Positions 63,401 through 64,000 of a DNA stretch of 64,000 bases are shown piece by piece. The stretch's first letter is position 1, and each line of letters begins with the position of its first letter. The stretch comes from Ramazzottius varieornatus (lineage: Eukaryota > Animalia > Tardigrada), in assembly GCA_001949185.1 (NCBI GenBank), contig BDGG01000001.1, positions 786,207-850,206 on the forward strand. Reading direction: 5' to 3'. Both the position numbers and the translations under genes were made by a program. The notes below the pieces were generated by a model that did no database searches, was not told the origin of the DNA, and saw nothing but the letters and a program-made list of their open reading frames with translations.

Positions 63401-64000
63401 CCAATTCTGATTGAATATTCGAGTAGAATCGATATCGATTTTTTGCAGGTAAGCTGACTGATAGGCAATTCGTACAACTGCATCACAACTTCACCTATCT
63501 GGAAGAAGCCTGCATCACACTGGAGAAACATATGGCGGTGTGTCTTCGGGGCGCCATCAGTTCCTATGAGCTTTGCCTGAACTGCGAGCACGCGTTCGAC
63601 GTCATGCGTGGCGAAGTGGAGAGCGAGCTTTTCAGCAAGTTTACTTTTTTCATCGAGCAGACGGTCAAAACCATCCGTTTAGACATTGCACCAGTGGCAG
63701 CAAAGCAAACTCTCGGTTCGGCTGAAAGTAAGAAGATTGTCGACGCAATGGAAAGTTTCATGCCGATGATTGCCACATTGCCGCTTGATGTCGGTCAGCG
63801 AGCTTTGGCTTTAGCGAACAGTACCGTGGTCGCTTCGGTCGAAAGGCATCTCGGCTCACAAGAAGTGAAAGTGGTCAGTACAGAAGGCTTGCTTCAGTTG
63901 AGAGTCGATCTAGCCTTGATCGAGCAATGTCTGCAAAAGTTCACGGTCTTCTCGACGGATACAGCCAACGATGCTTTGCGCCACTAAAACAGTTGCTGGA
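60468..64000 (+). pseudogene. EXOC6: Divergent exocyst Sec15/EXOC6-like gene, probably disrupted; runs off the window
   Basis: Colinear Sec15 matches: RIQARDTQVEQVC, NIRPLLRYRHVVQTL, YYNELW, EDQFDP, FPKQLPFS..KEYI, NFTYLEEAC and EVKVVS..LLQL..DL. A MITE remnant sits in an exon at 61975-61998. There is an apparent -1 frameshift near 63975 (AFAPLKQLL continues in another frame) and an assembly gap at 62017-62066. Confidence 0.75.
62067..62255. mobile_element. MITE, TA|CACG-end family, intronic; left end lies in the N gap
   Basis: Arms AGTCTGGACCAGTACAAAGGCTGGACCAAGCGAAAA / TTTTCGCTTGGTCCAGCCTTTGTACTGGTCCAGACT. Right end GTGCGTG|TA. Confidence 0.8.

Overview
This is eukaryotic (metazoan) genomic DNA from a compact invertebrate genome with short spliceosomal introns (mostly ~60-300 nt). 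The gene mix (peritrophin-type chitin binders, Frizzled, FAM43, CatSper2, CYP2-clan P450) would fit a tardigrade-like animal, but that assignment is inference. Apparently intact genes: PIG-W, FAM43A-like, two tandem CBM14 chitin-binding proteins, a C10orf53/UPF0728 homolog, a CatSper2-like channel, a small type-I membrane protein, Frizzled and an atypical P450. Decayed genes: a GT32 glycosyltransferase, otopetrin-like and C-type-lectin-like fragments, and a divergent Sec15/EXOC6 paralog with an inverted partial second copy. The 23-49 kb interval is dense in DNA transposons (Tc1, hAT, MULE with Ulp1, P/THAP9-like, mariner, Sola-type), and more than 15 MITE/foldback elements are spread across the window. 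The most unusual signals are: (1) an intronic palindrome family AAGTGGCGCAC-N25-GTGCGCCACTT with an exactly conserved 25-nt variable spacer; (2) a 5.8-kb Sola-type element whose TIRs enclose an intact spliced membrane-protein gene beside a dead BED-finger/DDD transposase; (3) the CatSper2 ortholog; (4) a P450 lacking the catalytic Thr and the post-Cys Gly; (5) a gene-conversion-like mosaic between the two Sec15 copies. All homology calls are from recalled motifs, not database searches.
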